64,000 nucleotides of DNA. Origin: an uncultured virus (IMG/VR IMGVR_UViG_3300016472_001095) (Duplodnaviria; Heunggongvirae; Uroviricota; Caudoviricetes). Location of the stretch: IMG/VR virus record IMGVR_UViG_3300016472_001095, one strand, 5' to 3'. The translations under genes and the position numbers were made by a program. The notes beneath the pieces are model-generated. The model did not search any database and was not told where the DNA came from. It saw only the letters and a program-made list of their open reading frames with translations. The number at the start of each line of letters is the position of its first letter. The stretch's first letter is position 1. Below are positions 49,226-58,911 of this stretch, piece by piece.

Positions 49226-49964
49226 TAACCAAGTTAATGAATATTATAACAAATCTACCGATGCATGGATAGAAATACATGGTTCTAACAGAATAGAAGG
49301 GTTTAGCTTTTTTAAAAATGTAGAGGCCCATGATTTGGTTTTAAGTAGCTATTTTAATTTTAAAGAAGGAGAAAAAATATTAGATGCAGGGTGTGGTGTA
49401 GGGAACCCGTCTATCAATTTTGCAAAAAATAACCCTTATAGTAATTTTTATTTGGTCAATATAAATGAATATCAGTTATCTAAAATAAAAGATATTCCTG
49501 AGAACGTTTATCTTTTTAAATGTGACTTTAATAATCTAATTTTTCCATCAAATTATTTTGATAAGGTATATTTTCTAGAAAGTTTTTCCCATAGTTTAAA
49601 AAAAACTAAAACTATAAAGGAAATATATAGAGTATTAAAACCGAACGGTAAAATATTTCTTTTAGATTTTTGCAGAAAGCAAAATATTAAGTTAAGTAAG
49701 CTACATATTCATAGAAAAGTTTATGCTCATTTTCCTGTTTTTTCTAAACTTTTGAGAAAAATGTTTATAAATAGAAAATTTAAAGAAAACTTTTTTGTTG
49801 AAAATATGCAAAATAATATATTTACTCCTAATCAATTTGATACAAATACCTTCTATTGCTATGATAAAGATAGTAATCTTACTTCTTTTGGAGAAATACA
49901 TAAAGAAATACTTGAAAATGATGCCCATGTCCAGTATCCTATATTCTGCTCCTATACAAAATGA
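49206..49964 (+). CDS. SAM-dependent methyltransferase
   Basis: ILDAGCGVG, FDKVYFLES..H, RVLKPNG. Confidence 0.9.
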   Translation: MNPLQINNQVNEYYNKSTDAWIEIHGSNRIEGFSFFKNVEAHDLVLSSYFNFKEGEKILDAGCGVGNPSINFAKNNPYSNFYLVNINEYQLSKIKDIPENVYLFKCDFNNLIFPSNYFDKVYFLESFSHSLKKTKTIKEIYRVLKPNGKIFLLDFCRKQNIKLSKLHIHRKVYAHFPVFSKLLRKMFINRKFKENFFVENMQNNIFTPNQFDTNTFYCYDKDSNLTSFGEIHKEILENDAHVQYPIFCSYTK

Positions 49965-50986
49965 ACTGTAATTTCTTAAAAAACTCTCTTCATATTGATA
50001 TAAACGGTAATGTTTTTCCTTGCACAGTGACTACATCTTCGTCCGGCGCGCGCCTAGGAAATATATACGATACAACATTAGAAGAAATATATAATAATCG
50101 CTCAAAAGATTATGAATGTAAAGATTTTTGTCAAAGATGTCTAAGATATGAAAAATCGTTTAAAAATTGGAATACATTAGATCAAGATTTCTATTTTCTT
50201 GATATTAGGTTTGATAATATTTGTAATTTTATGTGTAGAACATGCTCGGGAGAAAACTCCATTGCTTTTAAAAAAGAAAATACTCTGGTTACTGAAAAAA
50301 ACATAATATCGCAGTTATATAAAAATTTTGCTTTCATAAATAAATTTAAAAGAATTTATATAGGGGGAGGCGAACCATTTTTATCGCCTTCTTTAAATAC
50401 ATTTATCGAAATGCTTTCCAAAGATAAGACTATTTTAATATCTTCTAATATTTCAGTATTAAAGCAAGATTTAATAGAAATATTAAAACAATTTAAAAAA
50501 GTAATTTTTTATCCGAGTATTGACGGTATTGAAGAAGTTGGCGAATATATTAGACACGGATTTAATGATAGAGTATTTTTTAAAAATTTATCAATACTCT
50601 TATCTAGTTTTGAATGTATTCCTGTTATAACTGTTAGTGCTCTAAATATACTTTCGCTTAATAAAACTATAAAGAAATTATCTGAATACATAGATATTAA
50701 TTCTATATATATCAACATTTTAGACTATCCTAGCGAGTTTCATGTATCGGTTTTACCAAGCTATTTTAAGGAATTATATAATATTAGAATTAATAAAATT
50801 AAGAGCGGTTTAAATCAATATTTTTTTACTGATGCTCCTTATAACCTATTTTATGGTCTTAAGAATTTAGAAAAAGCATTATTAGTAAGTAATAGTCTAG
50901 ACTTTAACAAAACAAAGCAAACACTAAATAATATTGATATTAAGAGAAATCAGTCTTATGAAGTTTTATTTGGTGGTAAAATATGA
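49961..50986 (+). CDS. Radical SAM protein with N-terminal SPASM/twitch-like Cys cluster
   Basis: CNFMCRTC, GGEPF, SIDG..YIRHG; N-terminal C..GNVFPC..C..C. Confidence 0.9.
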   Translation: MNCNFLKNSLHIDINGNVFPCTVTTSSSGARLGNIYDTTLEEIYNNRSKDYECKDFCQRCLRYEKSFKNWNTLDQDFYFLDIRFDNICNFMCRTCSGENSIAFKKENTLVTEKNIISQLYKNFAFINKFKRIYIGGGEPFLSPSLNTFIEMLSKDKTILISSNISVLKQDLIEILKQFKKVIFYPSIDGIEEVGEYIRHGFNDRVFFKNLSILLSSFECIPVITVSALNILSLNKTIKKLSEYIDINSIYINILDYPSEFHVSVLPSYFKELYNIRINKIKSGLNQYFFTDAPYNLFYGLKNLEKALLVSNSLDFNKTKQTLNNIDIKRNQSYEVLFGGKI

Positions 50987-51894
50987 GAGATATTTTTATA
51001 TACTGTGATGTTTTAATAAACAATTATACCACAGACATTGATTTTTATTCTTATATGAATTGTGATGAGATTTTAGATCATAAGCTAAAACTGAAATTAA
51101 AAGGTTACAATTTTAACGGTAAATTAGTACATACAAACTATCTTTATTGGCTTGCAAAAAATAGAGGCCATAAAATACATATTACTACCGACATATGCTC
51201 TATACCATCTAAAAGCGTAGTATTATTTCACCACGATAATTATTTTAATTTAAAATATAGAAAGGACCTTATATATGCTCAGGTTTTATCCGATAAACCA
51301 TTAGTACCATATGCTAATTATTATATCACTAACTCTAAAGCATTTTTAGAATCTAAAAAATTTAATAATGTTTTGTTTCTGCCTGAGCCTTTACCAGCAA
51401 AAAATTTAAATTTCACATCTAATAGTATAACTAAAAGTCCTGAAAATTTTAGATTTTTAGGCATAAGAAATAATTTTCCCGACTATCTCACACATGATAT
51501 TTGTACCCAGCTTCAAAAAGACGGCATCAATATAATAAAAGATTTTAGTAAAAATTTTCTAGATAATTCTGACGATGTGTTTTTCTTTTTACGAAAAGAT
51601 GCAAATCACATATATTCATGTAAGCACTCAAATAGAATTTTTCTATCTTATATTACAGAAATTCCTTTTATAGGATCTATATCTAATGAAGATGAATTAT
51701 ATTTAAAGGATGTAGAAGATGTAATTCCTACACCTAATTCAAGAAATGAGTTATTAAGTTGTTTTTATATGATAAAAAGAGAATCAGTTTTTAGAGAATA
51801 TAAAGAAAAACTTTCAAAAGCCAATAAAGAATTTTATAAAAACTATTTTTTTAATGAATTAGATAAGCTTATTAGCTATTTTCAAACACTATAA
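50983..51894 (+). CDS. Hypothetical protein, possibly GT-B glycosyltransferase-like
   Basis: KHSNR..IPFI segment resembles a GT-B C-terminal motif; weak. Confidence 0.45.
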   Translation: MRDIFIYCDVLINNYTTDIDFYSYMNCDEILDHKLKLKLKGYNFNGKLVHTNYLYWLAKNRGHKIHITTDICSIPSKSVVLFHHDNYFNLKYRKDLIYAQVLSDKPLVPYANYYITNSKAFLESKKFNNVLFLPEPLPAKNLNFTSNSITKSPENFRFLGIRNNFPDYLTHDICTQLQKDGINIIKDFSKNFLDNSDDVFFFLRKDANHIYSCKHSNRIFLSYITEIPFIGSISNEDELYLKDVEDVIPTPNSRNELLSCFYMIKRESVFREYKEKLSKANKEFYKNYFFNELDKLISYFQTL

Positions 51895-53071
51895 CTTCTT
51901 GAATTAATTTATGAGGGTTGTTAATTCTGTCAGATCTAATACATTTTAGTTCAAACTCATCTTGTTCTGATTTTAATTCAAAAGAACCTTCTTCTCCTAA
52001 AGTTAACCACCAATCATGGCTTTTTTCTCCAAGCATATTTGCGCTAAAAAAATATTTTTTATCATCGTATTTGTTAAAATGAACATAATAAACAAGATAT
52101 ACATTAGATATACCGTATTCTCCAGAAACAACAGTATTTCTATCTAAAGGAATACTATAGAACAGCAATCCTTCAGGCGTCTCTTTAAATGCTACCGCCC
52201 TTTCATGCTGTACAAAATTGCCCTTAGAAAACCCAAAGACTCTATATTTGTAGAATTCCATATCTCCTGCAACAAAATCTTGAAGTTTGTTTATTAGCAT
52301 TTTATGTATTTCCTTCTCACATTTAACAGCATCATAACTCAAAACAAAGTCCGGACGAGGGTTTAATATTTCTGGCCAGTATTGAGCTATTTCTAAAGGA
52401 GTTTGAAGGTTAAAAAGAGCTTGTTTATAATCAAACGATTGTATTTTTTGTATAATAAAATCTATATCTTCTTTACTATCTACCTGTTCTTTCTCTTTAT
52501 TTAAATATGAAATAATTGAATCCTTACTTTCTTCAATCTTTGATAACCATATCTTTTTACAACTACCTACAACTCTAGGGTTTTTTGTATGAATTTGAGA
52601 TTTATTTATTTTTAAAATTTCTAGCGCATTTTCTAAATTAATAACATATTCAAGACTTGGGCAATCAACTGCAACTTTTGATGGCTCAATTTTACACGCT
52701 GTACCGTCAAGAATAGAAGATTGCGCATCTAGCACCTCTGCTATTTGATCCATTGTTAATTCACATTGCTGTAAAGCTGCGGGGTTGAATTCACCTAAAT
52801 TAGGAAGCCCTACGGAATTAATGAGTTCTAGATAAAGCTTTACAAAGCGTTTTTCCTTACAATCAAACCCTACAATGGTTTTATCTGTTTCTGTAGGAAT
52901 ATTTAGCTTAAAATTTTCTTCTCGTTTCTTACATTGAAGTAGGAAATCTACCGCGGGGGGGCAATTAGTAAAATATATATCCTTTTTAAAATTGCCAATA
53001 TTATTGTATTCTATTTGAAGTACACAATTTCTAGATAATGATCTTATAGCTTGTTTTGCACTTATATTCAT
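51872..53071 (-). CDS. Multidomain hypothetical protein following the tail genes
   Basis: 399-aa ORF with YWPEILNPRP motif. Confidence 0.55.
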   Translation of the reverse strand: MNISAKQAIRSLSRNCVLQIEYNNIGNFKKDIYFTNCPPAVDFLLQCKKREENFKLNIPTETDKTIVGFDCKEKRFVKLYLELINSVGLPNLGEFNPAALQQCELTMDQIAEVLDAQSSILDGTACKIEPSKVAVDCPSLEYVINLENALEILKINKSQIHTKNPRVVGSCKKIWLSKIEESKDSIISYLNKEKEQVDSKEDIDFIIQKIQSFDYKQALFNLQTPLEIAQYWPEILNPRPDFVLSYDAVKCEKEIHKMLINKLQDFVAGDMEFYKYRVFGFSKGNFVQHERAVAFKETPEGLLFYSIPLDRNTVVSGEYGISNVYLVYYVHFNKYDDKKYFFSANMLGEKSHDWWLTLGEEGSFELKSEQDEFELKCIRSDRINNPHKLIQEVIVFENS

Positions 53072-55596
53072 TATGGATATGATAGGTTAGTAGAAGTTTG
53101 AAGTTCATTTACATTTCTCAAATAGCCAAATCCGTTTTCATCCATAACATAAATTGTGTATTGTTTCCCTCCGCTTCCTTCGGGGCCAGTGCCTACATTA
53201 TCAAACTGCACTGTTGGAGCACCTAAATACCATGTGTCAAGGCTTTTACCGCTTCCAACACTTCCCCCGTTGTTGCTTGCCATTGCAACATAATAATTAT
53301 TAGTGATCATATTATTAGCAGGGGTTACTACTATAGTACCTGCATTTGGCCCCGGGCCTACAGGTCCACCCGGCCAACCTGCATTACTTCTCTGTGAAAA
53401 AGTAAAGCATTTAGTACTAGTACCAGGCACTACATACCATTTATATGTTTTAAAGAATTCGCTCATTCTTGCAGGAGTAAAGGTCGTACCATCTGGCTTA
53501 TTAGATCTCCATCCATATTTAACCGTTGCTCCTCCAATTCCACCAGGCACTGAAGAAGAGGAAAACGGAGTTCTAACCATTTCCAACTGACCAGACATTG
53601 CAGAAATATATGAAAGATTAAAACCTACATCTACTCCCGTGGAAGGCTTAGATCCAACTACAGGAGAGGCTGCCGAGCCTGCAAAAGCCCCGGGGTACAT
53701 GAAGTCCTTTTCACGTTGATCTAAGGAAGTAGGTGAGGTAAGCCCCGCGCCGTTATATCCTTTAATAAAATTGTTAATACTTCTATATGTTGGTGCTAGT
53801 TCACCTGCAAGAGATAAATCGCCTGAATCAGGAAGTACTCTGTTACCGCCGGAAAACGGCTCGCCCTCAACTACTAGCAAGTTTGTATAGGTTTGATTAC
53901 TAGAATTAACAGCAAGACCAGAGCCTACTAAATTAACTGCACTTACCGTATAGGTACCGGCTTGACTAAATGAAACGCTTCCTAGGCTAAGATAATCACC
54001 GACGCCTACTGGTGTGTTGGGAACAGATGGGTTATAATCTTTATACCAATAAAATGTTGATGCAGGATCGCTTAATACATAACCTGCTGAAAGAGATACT
54101 ACAGCAGAATATTGTACTCTTAATGTTTTAGCACTAGTACTTGAAGGGTCAAAAGAGGAATCAATTCCAAGAGTTTCATTTCTTAAAAATGGACCTGGAG
54201 CAACAAAAGAAGCAGATGTATACATTACCGGAGTGCTTGTATTAAGAAAATCTGTACCATTGTAAATATATGTTGAGTTAGAAAACAACCCTGCAGGAAC
54301 GGGGTCATTTTCATTAAAACTAGCATGTATTACTGTATAATCTGGATTAGGCTTTGCAGCAGCTTGCATCCAATAACCAAATCGATTTCCAGGATTTGCG
54401 GGTAGCTCTGATGGAGTGAGTGCAATTATGTTGTTAAGAGTAAGAGCATTTGTATTAATATTAAATCTATAAACAAATACTGCACCCCTTCTTATCATTC
54501 CATTATCAAACCCTTCTGCAGAAATTAAAATATTAACTATAGAAGGATTGACTGAATCTCTTACACAATCTACTCTACCTCCAAAAAACAACCTACTAGA
54601 ATTTATAGGGAACCCGTTAAATGAAGCAGGCGGTGTTATTTTGGTAACTAAATTTAACGCTGCACCCGAACGCTTATATATAAAAGCCTTACCTGCATAA
54701 GAAGGTGCTAAACTACCCGTTCTTCCATCAGAAGGAGCTCCTACAACTAAAACACCTTTATCCATAGCTATGCTTGAACCGAATCTATCCCACGTTACTA
54801 TATCTACAGGATTTCTTGAAAGTGATGAGGCAGCAGAAGCTACTCCCGTTGAAGGATTATAGGTAAAATAATAAACATCACCAGCCTGAACTACTGCACC
54901 ATTAGTAGATGTGTTAGCTGAAACAATAATCATATCATCTTCTACTAGAATCTCATTACACTTATGATCATCATATGCTACTACCGGAAGTCCTAGTGTT
55001 GAAACGTAATTAAATCCATCACCTGTATTATTGACTCTATAAAGATGTGCTGCCCCATCTCTAAATGAACCTCCAGTTAATCCATTATTAAACTCTCCTA
55101 CAGCCATATAAGCTGTATTACCCATAGCGGATAAACCTACAGAACAACCAAAGCGAACTCCAGTAACAGTTCCTGCTCTAGGAGATGAAAGTGTTTGAAC
55201 GATATTAGAATTGGATATAGTAGATAAATCGTTGGTACCATATAGTCTCAATCTTCCATAAGAACTGTTTGATGGTACTGGAATTTTTCTAGCAGGTTCA
55301 CCTACTGCAATAAAATAATTGTATGCAGAGAGACCCCCATCTTTTGCTGTTGAGACTAGCGAAAAACCAAACGCTTCATTATTTACTGCTTCAGGAGAAT
55401 TAAGAGTAGTGATTTGTGCAAAATTAGATGCAGCGTTATAAAGATATACAGCTCCACAGTCTTGATTTCCGCTTCTATATGTACCTGGCTGCCCAACAAC
55501 TAAATGAGTATTACTAATTAAATCTGATACAGTTATGTTTCTCCAGTCAGAAGGCGTAGGAATACTATAATTTATCTGATTTGAGAACGTACTCAT
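53071..55596 (-). CDS. FG-GAP-repeat beta-propeller plus Ig-like domain virion protein
   Basis: Repeated FG.S....VVGAP..GAVY; YWYKD..AGTYTVSAVN..GS. Confidence 0.8.
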   Translation of the reverse strand: MSTFSNQINYSIPTPSDWRNITVSDLISNTHLVVGQPGTYRSGNQDCGAVYLYNAASNFAQITTLNSPEAVNNEAFGFSLVSTAKDGGLSAYNYFIAVGEPARKIPVPSNSSYGRLRLYGTNDLSTISNSNIVQTLSSPRAGTVTGVRFGCSVGLSAMGNTAYMAVGEFNNGLTGGSFRDGAAHLYRVNNTGDGFNYVSTLGLPVVAYDDHKCNEILVEDDMIIVSANTSTNGAVVQAGDVYYFTYNPSTGVASAASSLSRNPVDIVTWDRFGSSIAMDKGVLVVGAPSDGRTGSLAPSYAGKAFIYKRSGAALNLVTKITPPASFNGFPINSSRLFFGGRVDCVRDSVNPSIVNILISAEGFDNGMIRRGAVFVYRFNINTNALTLNNIIALTPSELPANPGNRFGYWMQAAAKPNPDYTVIHASFNENDPVPAGLFSNSTYIYNGTDFLNTSTPVMYTSASFVAPGPFLRNETLGIDSSFDPSSTSAKTLRVQYSAVVSLSAGYVLSDPASTFYWYKDYNPSVPNTPVGVGDYLSLGSVSFSQAGTYTVSAVNLVGSGLAVNSSNQTYTNLLVVEGEPFSGGNRVLPDSGDLSLAGELAPTYRSINNFIKGYNGAGLTSPTSLDQREKDFMYPGAFAGSAASPVVGSKPSTGVDVGFNLSYISAMSGQLEMVRTPFSSSSVPGGIGGATVKYGWRSNKPDGTTFTPARMSEFFKTYKWYVVPGTSTKCFTFSQRSNAGWPGGPVGPGPNAGTIVVTPANNMITNNYYVAMASNNGGSVGSGKSLDTWYLGAPTVQFDNVGTGPEGSGGKQYTIYVMDENGFGYLRNVNELQTSTNLSYP

Positions 55597-57251
55597 TTTT
55601 TATTAGTTAATTCTTTAATAGCTTCTATTAATAAAGGTATAATCTTTTCATATCTAACAGCTTTCTTACCATCCTGCCTGGTTACTACAGCAGAGGGAAG
55701 AACTTTTTCAATATCTTGAGCAACAACCCCTACATCGTCACCAGAATAAGGAGACGTAGAATTCCAAGTAAAATTAATACCAGATATTTTATTAATCTTA
55801 TCTAACGGTGAGTCTATTACTGTAATATTATCTTTATAAGAAATGTCAGATGAATAATAAGCTATTACGTCACCTGTTGCTCTTACACCACCATAAACAT
55901 CTACGAAACCAGAGCTTCCTGCAGAAAGCTCGAGACTACCAGTAGCATATGCCCCCACGCCAACTGCACCTTTACCTAAAATTTTAATATCGTTATGATT
56001 GATAGTAAACGTTCCTGTAGGGTAGCTAGGGTGTAAGGTAAACAACGCACTTGAAGATGCGACTAGATGGGCATTATGGGTAGAATAATTAGTATTTCCG
56101 GAGACATTAAACCCGGCAAACTGTTCTTCTCTTACTGCAAAATTTGAATAGGGGTACGCAAACTCTTGAAATCTGGCTATAGTTTGATTTCCAATAGTAT
56201 TATTATATTGCGCAACTACAAATGCATCTACATTAGGATTATTATTAATAACACTCAAGGCGCTAGTAGTTGAAACTATAGTTTCAAAATATGAAATATC
56301 TCCATATACAGAGAGATTGCCTAGTATAGTTACATTTGCACTAGTATCAAAAAATACTGGATCGGAAAATAATGGTGTACCTCTAAAAATAAAATTAGGA
56401 TTACCATAAGAACCGTCTCTTCTAGAAGAGAATGTTGTTGTTAGCGTGCCACCAGATGATGTAAGTCTATAAGCCTCTCTACCATCTATCATTAAACTAA
56501 GCCTGTCATTTCCGCTTATATAAAAATTATTATTAACGCTTCTTATAGAGCTATATGATGCATCAATAGGGTCGGTTGCATAGAATTGTATTTGATGGGT
56601 ATTTGTTGTTTGCCTCCCATTTAAAAATAATGAATTGTCAACATTAACAACTGCATTAAGATTGTTAGTTACCTGTCTGTTATTAATATTACCAAAATAA
56701 AAACTCGAATTTAAAAAAGGATCAATTGTATCGGCGCATAAAGACATATACCTAGAATCAAAGTCAAGTCTATTAAAAAGACCGGTTATAGATTGTGGAG
56801 TATAAGGGGTATCATCATATGCAACTGTTAGTCCGCTAGGAACTAATTCATCAGAATCACCTCCTACAAACAAACTAGCTATTCGCCATTTACCGTCAGT
56901 TGATTTTTCAAGATTGTTTACGTATGGCTTGGGATGTACATCTATCCAGCCGGTAGCACCATCGTAAGCAAAAAGCGTATCTGCTTCCAAGCCTCCCCCG
57001 GTTTGATAAATTGTATCTCCTACTTGCGCTATTGAATTATATGTAGTTCTTGATGCAGTAGATCCCAAAAACTTGTTTCCGATTGGAACACCTCCTAATG
57101 TAATGCCGTCACCTATAAACAGGCGCTGGGTATCAATAGTGTAACCTATTTCTCCTTCTGAAAGCGTTGTTAACTGTCTCTCAGAGTCAGTGCCCCTTCT
57201 TACGAGAATCTTTACAATAGAATCTTGCGTTATTTGAATTGCCCCGGGCAT
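55593..57251 (-). CDS. Tail fibre with C-terminal peptidase S74 chaperone
   Basis: RRGT..GEIGYTIDT..FIGDG N-terminus; SDISYKDNI..GVVAQDIE..YEKIIPLLIEAIKEL. Confidence 0.9.
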   Translation of the reverse strand: MPGAIQITQDSIVKILVRRGTDSERQLTTLSEGEIGYTIDTQRLFIGDGITLGGVPIGNKFLGSTASRTTYNSIAQVGDTIYQTGGGLEADTLFAYDGATGWIDVHPKPYVNNLEKSTDGKWRIASLFVGGDSDELVPSGLTVAYDDTPYTPQSITGLFNRLDFDSRYMSLCADTIDPFLNSSFYFGNINNRQVTNNLNAVVNVDNSLFLNGRQTTNTHQIQFYATDPIDASYSSIRSVNNNFYISGNDRLSLMIDGREAYRLTSSGGTLTTTFSSRRDGSYGNPNFIFRGTPLFSDPVFFDTSANVTILGNLSVYGDISYFETIVSTTSALSVINNNPNVDAFVVAQYNNTIGNQTIARFQEFAYPYSNFAVREEQFAGFNVSGNTNYSTHNAHLVASSSALFTLHPSYPTGTFTINHNDIKILGKGAVGVGAYATGSLELSAGSSGFVDVYGGVRATGDVIAYYSSDISYKDNITVIDSPLDKINKISGINFTWNSTSPYSGDDVGVVAQDIEKVLPSAVVTRQDGKKAVRYEKIIPLLIEAIKELTNKK

Positions 57252-57252
57252 A

Positions 57253-57933
57253 TTATACTACGCGTAAAGCTCCTCCTATGTCTCTCCATAATCTACCAGA
57301 AGTAAGGCCAACGCTGGTGGAAGGAAGATTAGTTAAATATATTTCTTGAGCGTTTATAATTTGACCTATAGAATTTAAAAGTTCTAAATTAATTTGCGTT
57401 GCATCAACATAAAGTGCTCCAGAACCATTTACTTTAATAGTTGAATTATCATATTTTACAGAAATTGTTCCGCCCGGGCTTCTATCTAGACCTTGTGTCA
57501 AATCGAATAAATTACTATTAACTTTATCCCTGGTAATACCATTATTCTTAACTTGAAGGTATCCAGTGCCATTATATTCTATTGTTAAATTATCTGTTCG
57601 AGTTCCTATAAATTGATAAGCGTTTTGATTATCAAAATCAGGAAAATTAAGCGTATCTACCCCTGTTAATGCATATAACCTATTTGTAAACGGATTAAAA
57701 ACTATATCTCCAACTTGTGAAGTAGTAAGGTTAGTGGGATCATTAATAAAGTCTCCTGTATATAATTTTATACCTGCAGGATTGCCCCCTCGTGTACTAC
57801 CATCTCCAACAAATAATCGCCTTGAGGATGAGTCTTGTACATAGCCTATTTCACCTACATCTAAAGTAATTTGCTTTCTGTCAAAATCAGTGCCCCTTCT
57901 TACTTTTAGTTTTATAACTGAAACAGTGGCCAT
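57253..57933 (-). CDS. Short fibre protein sharing the RRGT/GEIG/GDG N-terminal domain
   Basis: N-terminus paralogous to 55593-57251. Confidence 0.75.
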   Translation of the reverse strand: MATVSVIKLKVRRGTDFDRKQITLDVGEIGYVQDSSSRRLFVGDGSTRGGNPAGIKLYTGDFINDPTNLTTSQVGDIVFNPFTNRLYALTGVDTLNFPDFDNQNAYQFIGTRTDNLTIEYNGTGYLQVKNNGITRDKVNSNLFDLTQGLDRSPGGTISVKYDNSTIKVNGSGALYVDATQINLELLNSIGQIINAQEIYLTNLPSTSVGLTSGRLWRDIGGALRVV

Positions 57934-57971
57934 ACTGAATTATTTATTTAACAGACCACAGTTTTACAACA

Positions 57972-58217
57972 TTAATTAGTTATGATTTCAAAAGACTCTT
58001 TAGCTTTTATAATATATACACCGCTTCCTGGAATAAATGATGTGAACATGTTTAAATGAGTATTAGGTAAATATACAATTATACCCGGATACCCTCCATG
58101 TGAAGCACCAGAAAGATAAACTGCAAATAATTTGTCATCAAAAGAGGAGCAAGGAATTGATTCAGTTCCTGGAAAAGTTTCTATTTCCGTAGTAGGCGGG
58201 GTAACCTGTATAATCAT
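57972..58217 (-). CDS. Small hypothetical protein
   Basis: 81-aa ORF. Confidence 0.55.
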   Translation of the reverse strand: MIIQVTPPTTEIETFPGTESIPCSSFDDKLFAVYLSGASHGGYPGIIVYLPNTHLNMFTSFIPGSGVYIIKAKESFEIITN

Positions 58218-58231
58218 TAATTAATTTACTA

Positions 58232-58861
58232 TTAAGAAGAGAAAAATCTATATACTGCACCAAGTCCTGTACCATTTACAGAACCTTCTCCTGAGAAGTT
58301 ACCATAGAATTTAGTAGCTCCATTATTTACTGAAATTGCAAAAGCTCCACCATTTGTTGCATTAACACCCATTCTACCGGTAGAGCTAAAGAATGATCCA
58401 ATTAAAATATTGTCAAGATATATTGTAACGGTTTGTGATAGTCCCGATGTTGTAAACCCTGAGGGTTGATTATAGTAGAATTTAAAGTTTTGCCTTACAT
58501 CATAAACTACTATGTCGCTACCTACAAAATATGTATTACCTGTAGTAAAGGTTTCTTCTTGAGTAAGGGGAACAGGCGAAGGAGTAACTGTGGGTGTAAT
58601 TGTAGGAGTAAATGAAGGGGTAACTGATGTAGTAGGAGTTACAGTTGGCGTTGTTGTAGGCGTATAAGTTGGTGTAACAGAAGGTGTTGGGGTAATAGTA
58701 GGTGTGATTGAAGGTGTTGGGGTGTTTGTAGGAGTAGGGCGAGGCAGATTACCTACATTACCCGCTGCACCACGAGAACTAATTGATTTAAATGAAGAAA
58801 AATCTAAGGCTTTTGATTTAGTATTTCTTTCTAGTGCTCTAAAATCAGGAGGGTTTGCCAT
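58232..58861 (-). CDS. Thr/Pro-repeat protein with small C-terminal beta domain
   Basis: PTPT tract; TAAATA-N5-ATG. Confidence 0.75.
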   Translation of the reverse strand: MANPPDFRALERNTKSKALDFSSFKSISSRGAAGNVGNLPRPTPTNTPTPSITPTITPTPSVTPTYTPTTTPTVTPTTSVTPSFTPTITPTVTPSPVPLTQEETFTTGNTYFVGSDIVVYDVRQNFKFYYNQPSGFTTSGLSQTVTIYLDNILIGSFFSSTGRMGVNATNGGAFAISVNNGATKFYGNFSGEGSVNGTGLGAVYRFFSS

Positions 58862-58911
58862 AATAATATTTATACTAATCTTTGTAATTATTTATTATTT
58901 TTTAACTAAAA

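Noticed and set aside
40586..51894. RiPP or lasso-peptide cluster (Asn synthetase-like plus radical SAM)
   Set aside because: The amidotransferase keeps its N-terminal Cys glutaminase domain; no RRE, leader peptidase, transporter or convincing precursor in the cluster
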